Origin: Waddliaceae bacterium
GTDB taxonomy: Bacteria; Chlamydiota; Chlamydiia; Chlamydiales; SLOH01
DNA length: 32,310 nt
Assembly: GCA_040880105.1 (NCBI GenBank)
Contig: JBBDJA010000009.1
Coordinates: 1-32,310, forward strand
Direction of reading: 5' to 3'
Each line of letters starts with the position of its first letter. Within the stretch, counting starts at the first letter, position 1. A program made the position numbers and the translations under genes. A model generated the notes under the pieces. It did no database searches. It was given only the letters and a program-made list of their open reading frames with translations, and was not told the DNA's origin. Shown here in pieces: positions 1 through 7,947 of this stretch.

Positions 1-48
1 ATCACGTTGCCAACGTGAGGGTCGTGAGTTCGAATCTCATCACCCGCT
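1..48 (+). tRNA. tRNA-Gly(GCC), 5'-truncated by the window edge
   Basis: Anticodon stem-loop TCACG-TTGCCAA-CGTGA (anticodon GCC), T-arm GTGAG-TTCGAAT-CTCAT, 3' acceptor strand CACCCGC plus discriminator T. CCA is not encoded. Confidence 0.93.
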
Positions 49-73
49 ATTCTTTAACCCCTATTTTACCTTT

Positions 74-1357
74 ATGACAACACACACAGAAAAAAACGAA
101 AATATTACCGTTGCTATAGAAAAAAAACCGGGTTGCCAAGTGAATCTCGATATTCAAGTCTCCCCGAAAGCAACAAAAGCCGCTCACGAGCGCGCAATTA
201 AAAACATTAATAAAGAAGTGAATGTCCCGGGATTCCGCAAAGGACGCGCCCCAACATCTTTCATCCTTGAAAATTACGCCAAGTATATAAAAAAGGAGTG
301 GGAAGAGGTCTTAATTAATGTTGCCTTCAAAGAAGCGCTCACGCTGCTTGAAATCGTACCTTACAGTCAAAGACACATCAACAAGCCTAAAGTGAAATCC
401 ATTGATCTTGAAAAGGGATCTGAGTTTTCCATCTCTTTTGAAACAGCCCCGGAAATACCATCTGTAGATATTGAGAAATTAAAAATCGATCCTGTCGAAG
501 CAGAAACTGTTGATGAAGAGAAGATCGAGCTAACGCTAAAAAACATCCGCCTACACTACGCCGAATGGGACGAAATTGAAGATCGCGCAGTCGAAGAAAA
601 CGATTACGTGAATATCAGCATCGAAAGCCTTGATGATCAGGCAATGATTGCCGAGAACAACCGCTTCCAAGTCTCCGATAAAGGAATGGCAAAGTGGATG
701 CGCACTCTTATAGTTGGCAAGAAAAAAGGCGATGCCGTTGAAGGAACAAGTGAAAAAGAGACAGATGAAGATGTCGCCTTTAAACAGACAAAAGTAAAAA
801 TTACAATCCATTCCATCCACCAGCCTAAGCTACCTGAATTTGATGAAGAGCTTTTTAAAAAAATCGGAGTCGAGACTCTCGATGAACTTAAAGAAAAAGT
901 ACAAAAGCAGCTGGAAAACCGCGCACTTGAAGAGAAAAAAGCTAAACTACGCGATCAGCTAGAAAAACAGCTGATCGAAACGCATGTATGCGAAATCCCA
1001 CACTCGATTTTTCAATCGGAAAAGGAGCATCGCCTTAGCGAATTTAAGCAAAACCTGACATCAAGTAAACTCAGCGAAGAAGAGCATAATAAAGCACTGA
1101 AAAAATTCGAAGATAGCCTTGATAAAAGAGTGCAAGAGGCTCTTTCTCTCTATTTTGTCACGCAGAAAGCGGGTCAAGAAAATCAAATTCAAGTCTCTAA
1201 CGAAGAGATCACATCTGAAATGATGCGCATGATGTTTGACGGTTCCCTAAGCCAGGAACAAATGCAAAATCAAGAAGCGATTCAATCTCAAATCTACATG
1301 AAACTTGCCAGAACAAAAATAGAAGACTTCCTCCTCGACAAAATTGGTCGAATTTGA
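74..1357 (+). CDS. tig: Trigger factor (ribosome-associated chaperone/PPIase)
   Basis: Ribosome-binding signature VPGFRKGRAP, 427 aa, first gene of the tig-clpP-clpX order. Confidence 0.96.
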   Translation: MTTHTEKNENITVAIEKKPGCQVNLDIQVSPKATKAAHERAIKNINKEVNVPGFRKGRAPTSFILENYAKYIKKEWEEVLINVAFKEALTLLEIVPYSQRHINKPKVKSIDLEKGSEFSISFETAPEIPSVDIEKLKIDPVEAETVDEEKIELTLKNIRLHYAEWDEIEDRAVEENDYVNISIESLDDQAMIAENNRFQVSDKGMAKWMRTLIVGKKKGDAVEGTSEKETDEDVAFKQTKVKITIHSIHQPKLPEFDEELFKKIGVETLDELKEKVQKQLENRALEEKKAKLRDQLEKQLIETHVCEIPHSIFQSEKEHRLSEFKQNLTSSKLSEEEHNKALKKFEDSLDKRVQEALSLYFVTQKAGQENQIQVSNEEITSEMMRMMFDGSLSQEQMQNQEAIQSQIYMKLARTKIEDFLLDKIGRI

Positions 1358-1389
1358 GAATAATAGGCAAATAAAAGAGAGAGCCAAAC

Positions 1390-2004
1390 ATGACACAAGA
1401 TCAACGATTCAAAAATTCACTCACCCCTTATGTCATTGAAGATACCGGACGTGGCGAGCGTTCCATGGACATCTACTCTAGACTTTTGAAGGACCGCATT
1501 ATCTTTATCGGAACAGATATTACCGATCAAGTTGCAAACGTCGTGGTTGCTCAGCTCCTATTCCTCAAAATGGAAGATCCCAAAAAAGACGTACATATTT
1601 ACATCAACTCTCTTGGTGGATACATCACGGCAGGTCTTGCGATTTTCGATACGCTCAAGTGGATCGGATGCGATGTCAACACATATTGCATTGGACAAGC
1701 CTCTTCAATGGGAGCTCTTTTACTTACAGCCGGAACCAAAGGCAAGCGATACTCTCTTCCTAACAGTCGCATCATGATCCACCAGCCGCATGGTGGGATT
1801 TCAGGAACATCTGCTGAAATTGAGCTTCAAGCCAATGAGATTTTGTACATGAAAGAACGCCTCAATCAAATCCTTTCCGAATGTACCGGAAAATCCGTTG
1901 AAGAAATAAAAAAAGATATCGACCGTGACTTTTTTATGAGTCCCGAACAGGCCAAAAAGTACGGCCTTATTGATAACGTGATTGAAAAGAAACAGGACTC
2001 ATGA
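1390..2004 (+). CDS. clpP: ATP-dependent Clp protease proteolytic subunit (ClpP2-type, clpX-linked)
   Basis: [13 protein letters not shown], catalytic-region motifs QASSMG, RIMIHQP and DRDFFMS. Confidence 0.98.
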   Translation: MTQDQRFKNSLTPYVIEDTGRGERSMDIYSRLLKDRIIFIGTDITDQVANVVVAQLLFLKMEDPKKDVHIYINSLGGYITAGLAIFDTLKWIGCDVNTYCIGQASSMGALLLTAGTKGKRYSLPNSRIMIHQPHGGISGTSAEIELQANEILYMKERLNQILSECTGKSVEEIKKDIDRDFFMSPEQAKKYGLIDNVIEKKQDS

Positions 2005-3233
2005 ACAAAAAACGCCAAGAATTAGCCACATGTTCGTTTTGCGGAAGAACCGAAGAAGCTGTTGAAAAAATGATCTCCGGCCCAACCGCCTATATCTGCG
2101 ACAAATGCGTTGGCCTTTGCGCAAATATTATCGAGAAGAAAAAACAATCTAAGTTTGAATTGCGGTCGCTGAAGCCAAAAGAGATTAAGAATGAACTCGA
2201 CTCTTATATCATCGGACAAGATGAAGCAAAAAAGGCGATTTCTGTTGCAGTCTACAATCATTACCAAAGAGTGCGCAGCTTAGGAAAAGCAAACGATATC
2301 GAATTCAATAAGTCAAACGTCATGCTCCTTGGCCCTACCGGATCCGGAAAGACGTTGATGGCAAAAACACTAGCTAAAATACTCGACGTCCCTTTCACCA
2401 TTGCCGATGCGACAACACTTACAGAAGCCGGCTATGTCGGTGAAGATGTGGAAAACATCGTTCTGCGCCTAGTGCAAGCTGCAGAATACGACATTGCAAA
2501 AGCAGAACTTGGTATTATTTACATCGATGAGATCGATAAAATTACCCGCACTACCGGCAACGTCTCAATCACACGCGATGTCTCGGGAGAAGGTGTTCAG
2601 CAAGCGCTTTTAAAAATCGTAGAAGGCACCATCGCCAATGTCCCTCCAAAAGGTGGACGCAAACACCCCAATCAAGAGTACCTGAAAGTCAACACAGAAA
2701 ATATCCTCTTTATTGTTGGGGGCGCCTTTGTCGGACTCGAAAGCATTATCGCAAAACGCCTCGGTAAAGGAGTCATCGGCTTCAGTACAAAAGACATTAA
2801 GCATATCGATCCAACCGAGAGATCTGAGATTCTTTCTCATATCGAGCCGGAAGACCTTGTTCAATTTGGAATGATCCCTGAGTTTATTGGACGATTCAAC
2901 AATATCGCCAATTGCACGGAACTGACCACAGAAGAGCTTATCGAAATATTGACCAAACCCAAAAATGCCGTTGCCAAGCAATTTGGCGCCATGTTAGAGC
3001 TTGAAAATGTGAAGCTCCATTTTACAGATGATGCTCTCGTAGCGATCGCAGAAAAAGCAAAAAAGGCAGGAACAGGCGCAAGAGCCCTTCGTATGATCCT
3101 TGAAAACCTGATGCGCGACCTGATGTTTGAAATCCCCTCGGACCCGACTGTGTCAGAAGTGACTATCGATAAAGACTCCGTTCTTAAAATTAAACAACCG
3201 GAAATCAAACGACACGATCAAAAAATCGCATGA
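2001..3233 (+). CDS. clpX: ATP-dependent Clp protease ATP-binding subunit ClpX
   Basis: C4 zinc finger (CSFC...CDKC), Walker A GPTGSGKT, Walker [16 protein letters not shown] pore loop, [14 protein letters not shown] and IGF loop. ATGA overlap with clpP. Confidence 0.98.
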   Translation: MNKKRQELATCSFCGRTEEAVEKMISGPTAYICDKCVGLCANIIEKKKQSKFELRSLKPKEIKNELDSYIIGQDEAKKAISVAVYNHYQRVRSLGKANDIEFNKSNVMLLGPTGSGKTLMAKTLAKILDVPFTIADATTLTEAGYVGEDVENIVLRLVQAAEYDIAKAELGIIYIDEIDKITRTTGNVSITRDVSGEGVQQALLKIVEGTIANVPPKGGRKHPNQEYLKVNTENILFIVGGAFVGLESIIAKRLGKGVIGFSTKDIKHIDPTERSEILSHIEPEDLVQFGMIPEFIGRFNNIANCTELTTEELIEILTKPKNAVAKQFGAMLELENVKLHFTDDALVAIAEKAKKAGTGARALRMILENLMRDLMFEIPSDPTVSEVTIDKDSVLKIKQPEIKRHDQKIA

Positions 3234-4087
3234 CAAACATTGAGAAGATAGATTTCTCTCTTCTCGATGAAAATCTTAAAAAGTCGCTCATTCCACAAAA
3301 CGTTAGATTAGAAGATCTGGACTCCAAAGATCTCGTTTGCCTTTTGGTAGATAAAGACAAAGCGCTCCTTATTGCCGAAGCAGATTCAACCTACAAGACA
3401 CTTTATATCCTTTCCCTTGAGTCCATCGATGTAAAATGGATCCCTCCCCTCCTCCAAGAAATTGAGACCGTTAGCAATCAGCTCGATTTAAACCTTATAC
3501 TGATCACCTACTCAAGTACTCACCCCCATTTACAATTCCTTGAGGAGAACCTCAAAAATCATCACTGGAAAGGCCCTCGCAAACAGAAGATCTTTTGCCA
3601 CTTTGATCGTGACGAGTTTCACCCACCCTGGTACGACCGCGTCCCTCCCCCTCCAAACGATTACGAAGAATTTCTCTGGAAAGAGCTGAAACCGGAAGAG
3701 AGAACAAATCTGTTACGGCTAGTCGATCAAATGGCAATTCCAGGCGACATCTCCCCCTTCTCTAATGAAGAGACCATATTATATGACAATAGCCTTGGGC
3801 TACGGTATCAAGGAGAGATCATCGGCTGGATGGTCACCCACCTTCTTCCCTCTAGGCAAGTACAATACTCAGCCTTTTACATAGACAAGGCGCATCGCCA
3901 TAAAGCCATAGCCCCACGTCTACTAAGAGATAGTATACAGCTCCAAAAACAGTCTCCCTTTAAATGGGCCGTCTGCGAAGTTAATTTGCTTTTTGCCGAT
4001 GAGAGTTGGGTTCGATTCGTTGAAAAGAGGCTCGCTCCCTATACACTTCGCGTCCATTACAATTATCAGATGTGGAAAAACCTCTAA
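3230..4087 (+). CDS. GNAT-family N-acetyltransferase
   Basis: C-terminal acetyl-CoA-binding motif A-like segment [24 protein letters not shown] overlap with the clpX stop. Confidence 0.7.
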   Translation: MTNIEKIDFSLLDENLKKSLIPQNVRLEDLDSKDLVCLLVDKDKALLIAEADSTYKTLYILSLESIDVKWIPPLLQEIETVSNQLDLNLILITYSSTHPHLQFLEENLKNHHWKGPRKQKIFCHFDRDEFHPPWYDRVPPPPNDYEEFLWKELKPEERTNLLRLVDQMAIPGDISPFSNEETILYDNSLGLRYQGEIIGWMVTHLLPSRQVQYSAFYIDKAHRHKAIAPRLLRDSIQLQKQSPFKWAVCEVNLLFADESWVRFVEKRLAPYTLRVHYNYQMWKNL

Positions 4088-4114
4088 ACGCCTCTTCCCC
4101 TACTTCAGTTGAAG

Positions 4115-4146
4115 TTTGTATGAATAATAGCTAAAATTCATACAAA
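4115..4146. terminator. Inverted repeat between convergent GNAT and yafQ genes, possibly a bidirectional terminator
   Basis: Perfect 11-bp arms TTTGTATGAAT / ATTCATACAAA with a 10-nt spacer. The stem is AT-rich, so it would be a weak terminator. Confidence 0.45.
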
Positions 4147-4174
4147 ATTTAAATGAGACGAAATAATAAATTTT

Positions 4175-4447
4175 TTATTTGAATAGATCTGAGTGAGACC
4201 CTGTTCTCTCAAAAATGATTTCATTATCAGAAAGTCGATAAATAAGTAGCCAATCAGGTTCGATATGACACTCCCAACGATCTTTGTAGTTGCCAATAAG
4301 CTTATGATTTTTGAAATAAACCGGCAATTGTTTGCTACTTATCAAAAGGGTAAGAACATTTCTCATTTTACTCATATCCTTACCACGCCTTTCTTGCTTC
4401 TCAAGATCCTTCTTGAATTTCTTCTTATAACTAATTTTATATATCAT
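4175..4447 (-). CDS. yafQ: Type II TA toxin, YafQ family (RelE superfamily mRNA interferase)
   Basis: FKKDL...NHKLIGNYKDRWECHIEPDWLLIY...ERTGSHSDLF are hallmark YafQ motifs. 90 aa, basic. Confidence 0.93.
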   Translation of the reverse strand: MIYKISYKKKFKKDLEKQERRGKDMSKMRNVLTLLISSKQLPVYFKNHKLIGNYKDRWECHIEPDWLLIYRLSDNEIIFERTGSHSDLFK

Positions 4448-4701
4448 TTATCAATCTTCAATTTAGTAAATAGGTCGTCAATATCACTACACGTAATGAT
4501 TCCTTCACCTTTGTCAGTTTCTTCAAACTCTTTGATTGTCTCTACATTTGGGACGTTTGAACTTAAAAGATGATCATACAAACAACTCAAGACAAGATTT
4601 TTTACAGACATCCCATTTAAGGCTGCCATTGTTTTAAGTTTTTTGTGTTCATTAACCGGCATTTCTATCGACAACCTCGATGTTTTATGTTTATTTTCCA
4701 T
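4444..4701 (-). CDS. Type II TA antitoxin (ribbon-helix-helix N-terminus, DinJ-like C-terminus)
   Basis: RHH-like TSRLSIEMPVNEHKKLKTMAALNGMSVKNLV and DinJ-like PNVETIKEFEE...DIDDLF. Lies upstream of the toxin with a 4-nt overlap. AGGA-type RBS on the minus strand. Confidence 0.85.
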   Translation of the reverse strand: MENKHKTSRLSIEMPVNEHKKLKTMAALNGMSVKNLVLSCLYDHLLSSNVPNVETIKEFEETDKGEGIITCSDIDDLFTKLKIDK

Positions 4702-4876
4702 GAGCTTACTTCCTCCATTTTGGTTTAAATTCCTCTAAATCACTCGAATTCAAAAATCTTTTTTAAAACTCGAAAAAAAATATTGATTTTTACTATTCAT
4801 AACATTTTGCGAATCTGTTTTGTCGAATTTTAAATTTCACAACACAAATGACTTAGAGTTTCTCTTTTATTTTAAC

Positions 4877-4908
4877 ACAAAAACACATTTTATCAATTGT
4901 GTTTTTGT
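4877..4908. repeat. Perfect 11-bp inverted repeat in the divergent TA / T3SS promoter region
   Basis: ACAAAAACACA-N10-TGTGTTTTTGT. Confidence 0.7.
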
Positions 4909-5049
4909 ACATTATAAAAAGAGGGATCTCTTTGTGGTGCCTCTAATTCATGCGTATTAAATAAAATTTTTTGTGAAATTTCATGAAAATTCATCAGCCC
5001 GTGTGATTTAGACATTTCTAAACATAAACCCCAATTTAAATTAAATATT

Positions 5050-5058
5050 TGATATAAT
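5050..5058 (+). promoter_or_regulatory. Extended -10 sigma66/sigma70-type promoter element for the 911-aa gene
   Basis: TGaTATAAT 40 bp upstream of the ATG at 5099. The region is very AT-rich, so a chance match is possible. Confidence 0.5.
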
Positions 5059-5098
5059 ATAAATATATAGAGATTTTTAATTAGCTTAAGGAAAATCC

Positions 5099-7834
5099 AT
5101 GAGTATTGATCCAATTAATTCACCCTCATCAAATGAGGAGATTGAAAATGGAGATATGCCGCCAGCTACCCAGGGATCCGGGACGCAGGATTCGCTTAGT
5201 AGTTCTACTCATCTCTCCATTGCCGAAAGGGTAAGTCTTGCCTTTGCCTTTGACACCGAAAGAAATGTCACCTCTCTGATAGAATTTTCAAAAATAATGG
5301 AAGACCGTTTCCAAGAATTTAAAGATACACTTCTTACTGCTCAAAGAGAAGACCCTCTAGTGTTCAAAGACCTAGTTTTAAGCTCCCTTCAATCTGCAAC
5401 AAGACTACTTCAACTTTTAAATGCCACTTTTGAAGAGGTTCAAGAGGTAAACGACAACATAGTAGAGATTAACTTAGATATTGAGGCGTTAAACAACGCA
5501 ATTAATACTTTTCAGCAAAACTTTATCTCAGGTCTACCAGGAGCGACTCCGGGCAATGAACTTGCAGAGAATAACGACATCAATGCAATTCAAGCGTTTC
5601 AAGACGCTATAAATACCTGGAACGACCCTGGCACCGATCAAAATGATCAAACCAATATCGATGCGATTAATAGCGCTATTGCCGACTACAACATCTACTT
5701 TAGTTCGCGAAATTCACAACTTAATTCTTTACAAAATGCACTTAACCAAGCCCTTAACACCTACTTAAGTCAAGAGACGGTAAACAATGATCTGATTGAT
5801 GACATTAATGAAATTATCACATCCTTCGGTCTCGATCCTTTAGACCCCTTAACACTCCCTTCATCTCCTATCTCTATTCAGTACCCAACATATCCAGGGA
5901 TTACTAACCCAACTGGAAATATCACATTGAATCCTGCGCCTGTTTTCCCTCAAGACTTACATGGGAGTCTTAACACTCTTCCGCTATATGAGGAAATTGA
6001 ATCGTTTCAAGATTTTGACTCCTTTGTTTTAGAAGTCACAAGGCACAATCAATTCATGACGACAATTGCCCAAATGACCGATCGTCAACTGGAAGAAATT
6101 GACTCATTTTTACTGATTGAACTATTAGCAAACAGCATCGTAGATCCCGACGCCTACATTAGTAAAGAGAAAAGCCCGGGCACCTCAACCGGGGAGCCGG
6201 GAGCAAACGTTGGGATTACCACTCTTGGCAGCAATGCGGACGCGCCCTCTATGGAAGGAAGCTTGACCGCCTCTATTGTCGAACTTGCGCAAGGTGAAAA
6301 TGTTGAAAGAAATAACCGTATAGCAGACTTAGTTAACATCACACAGTATTTCCTACTTCAAAATAGCGCTCTACTCTCGATTCTTCCGGCGGGAACTCTC
6401 CTTGGTAGCATCGGACGAGAAACAGACATGAACCACGAAGTTGTAAGAGCTGCCGCTGCAATTGAAAATTCTGTGCGAATCGGTCAACTGACAGAATCAG
6501 GCGCTGCCATTTATGGCGCCAATCGCATTAACGAAGAAAATGGCGAAATCATTCAAGCCGGCGTGAACGTCTCACTTGCGCAAATTGGAACAGTCAATTT
6601 GGCAGCCGCGCTCGGTGTTCCTGGACTTGGCTCTGAAATTTTGGAGCTCATTGCAAACTTTATGCTCAGTTCCGCAGAAGATATTTTTTCAGGTTCAGGC
6701 TCTCTACTTGCAAACTTAGGCAACCCCGCAAACCAACAAGAGTTAAAAGCGAACCTGACCGATCTATTGCTGCTTCAAGGTGGATTTACAACTGAGCAGG
6801 CAGAAGCTGTCTCAAATGCCACAATTAATGCCATTCAGCAGAATGTAAACGCAGGTTTTCAAGCCTTAAGAAAAGCCATATTTGCCGCAATCGATAGAGA
6901 AGAGCTTAGCGCGGAGCTTGCAGCTAAAGCCACTGAAATTGTGGACGCCTTAATCAACGCCATCGTAGAGCAAAAACAGACAGAAGCGGCGATCCATGCA
7001 GAAACAAGCCGGCGCGAACTTCTCGATGCTATTTTTAGTGACCAAGTAAATGTAAAAAGAGAGACCGTACAAAAGGCAATTGAAGCAGCTGAACTCAGAA
7101 AAGGAAATTTCCGAAGCTCCCTACTAAAAGAGCTTGTTCAAAGAGATGTCAGCTTAGAAAATGCCTTAATTGCAAGCAATCGTGCTGCCCAGTTTTTAGC
7201 GACAGGAAGCGCAGCGCCTCTGGGCGTTTCAATTCAAAACCGGCTAAACCTACAGAAAAGCCTGACCGGGTTTGCAGGTCCCGAAAATAAGCCTCAAGTT
7301 CTTGCCGCCTTTGATGTTGCAGGGTCCACTGCCTCTATTAACGGTATACAGTATTTAAATAGAATCAAAGAGGCCTTAGGACCTGAGCGTCTTCCCGCTC
7401 TTGGTCAAGCAATCGATGATGTCAATACGCAGAATTTCACAAGCGGCTTAAACGACTTACAATCGAACCTAAAAAAACAGGTATTCCAAAACTTCAGAAA
7501 GGATGTGGGTGACGAAGGCGCCATTGATTTTGCAAGTCGAGCCTCTGTTGCTCTCTTTGGAACCCCCGGAAGCATAACCCATGAAGAAGAACGCAACCCT
7601 GTTTCACTCGTGAACCAATTAAAAGATAATATGAAAACGCTCTATCCTACATCAGGCTCTCAAGAGCCGGAAGATGTGCGACGAGCAAACGAGTTAAAAG
7701 TACAAATCCAAAAGCCAAGCGAAAGTTTTCAAATGTTTGTCAGCGACACACTCGACCAATACTCAGCCTCTGTTGTCTCGATTGCCTCCGCTCCATACGC
7801 TGACCTTACGCCTACCCTCGAAAAACCGTCGTAA
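5099..7834 (+). CDS. Large uncharacterised helical protein, putative T3SS substrate (911 aa)
   Basis: Ser/Pro-rich low-complexity N-terminus (MSIDPINSPSS...), no Sec signal, Asn/Gln/Ala-rich amphipathic helices, first gene of the translocon-associated block. RBS AAGGA. Confidence 0.6.
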   Translation: MSIDPINSPSSNEEIENGDMPPATQGSGTQDSLSSSTHLSIAERVSLAFAFDTERNVTSLIEFSKIMEDRFQEFKDTLLTAQREDPLVFKDLVLSSLQSATRLLQLLNATFEEVQEVNDNIVEINLDIEALNNAINTFQQNFISGLPGATPGNELAENNDINAIQAFQDAINTWNDPGTDQNDQTNIDAINSAIADYNIYFSSRNSQLNSLQNALNQALNTYLSQETVNNDLIDDINEIITSFGLDPLDPLTLPSSPISIQYPTYPGITNPTGNITLNPAPVFPQDLHGSLNTLPLYEEIESFQDFDSFVLEVTRHNQFMTTIAQMTDRQLEEIDSFLLIELLANSIVDPDAYISKEKSPGTSTGEPGANVGITTLGSNADAPSMEGSLTASIVELAQGENVERNNRIADLVNITQYFLLQNSALLSILPAGTLLGSIGRETDMNHEVVRAAAAIENSVRIGQLTESGAAIYGANRINEENGEIIQAGVNVSLAQIGTVNLAAALGVPGLGSEILELIANFMLSSAEDIFSGSGSLLANLGNPANQQELKANLTDLLLLQGGFTTEQAEAVSNATINAIQQNVNAGFQALRKAIFAAIDREELSAELAAKATEIVDALINAIVEQKQTEAAIHAETSRRELLDAIFSDQVNVKRETVQKAIEAAELRKGNFRSSLLKELVQRDVSLENALIASNRAAQFLATGSAAPLGVSIQNRLNLQKSLTGFAGPENKPQVLAAFDVAGSTASINGIQYLNRIKEALGPERLPALGQAIDDVNTQNFTSGLNDLQSNLKKQVFQNFRKDVGDEGAIDFASRASVALFGTPGSITHEEERNPVSLVNQLKDNMKTLYPTSGSQEPEDVRRANELKVQIQKPSESFQMFVSDTLDQYSASVVSIASAPYADLTPTLEKPS

Positions 7835-7861
7835 GGCTTTGATAATTATAATTTTAATCAA

Positions 7862-7890
7862 TTGATATTAAAAAATTTATTATGTAAAAT
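7862..7890 (+). promoter_or_regulatory. Sigma66/sigma70-type promoter for the 918-aa gene operon
   Basis: TTGATA-N17-TAAAAT. Confidence 0.6.
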
Positions 7891-7947
7891 AGATATAAGA
7901 GATATTTATAGATTCAATCCTTAAGTGGATTAAAAACGGAGTTTACA

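Noticed and set aside
1..73. tRNA-Gly as an integration site for an island
   Set aside because: It is followed directly by housekeeping tig. I saw no integrase and no duplicated tRNA 3' end in the window.
4265..4573. 102-aa plus-strand ORF with hydrophobic stretch
   Set aside because: It is an antisense shadow of the well-supported toxin-antitoxin pair.
4893..5114. 73-aa minus-strand ORF in the AT-rich intergenic region
   Set aside because: It overlaps the start and promoter of the 911-aa gene, and its composition reflects AT-rich DNA with no recognisable motif.
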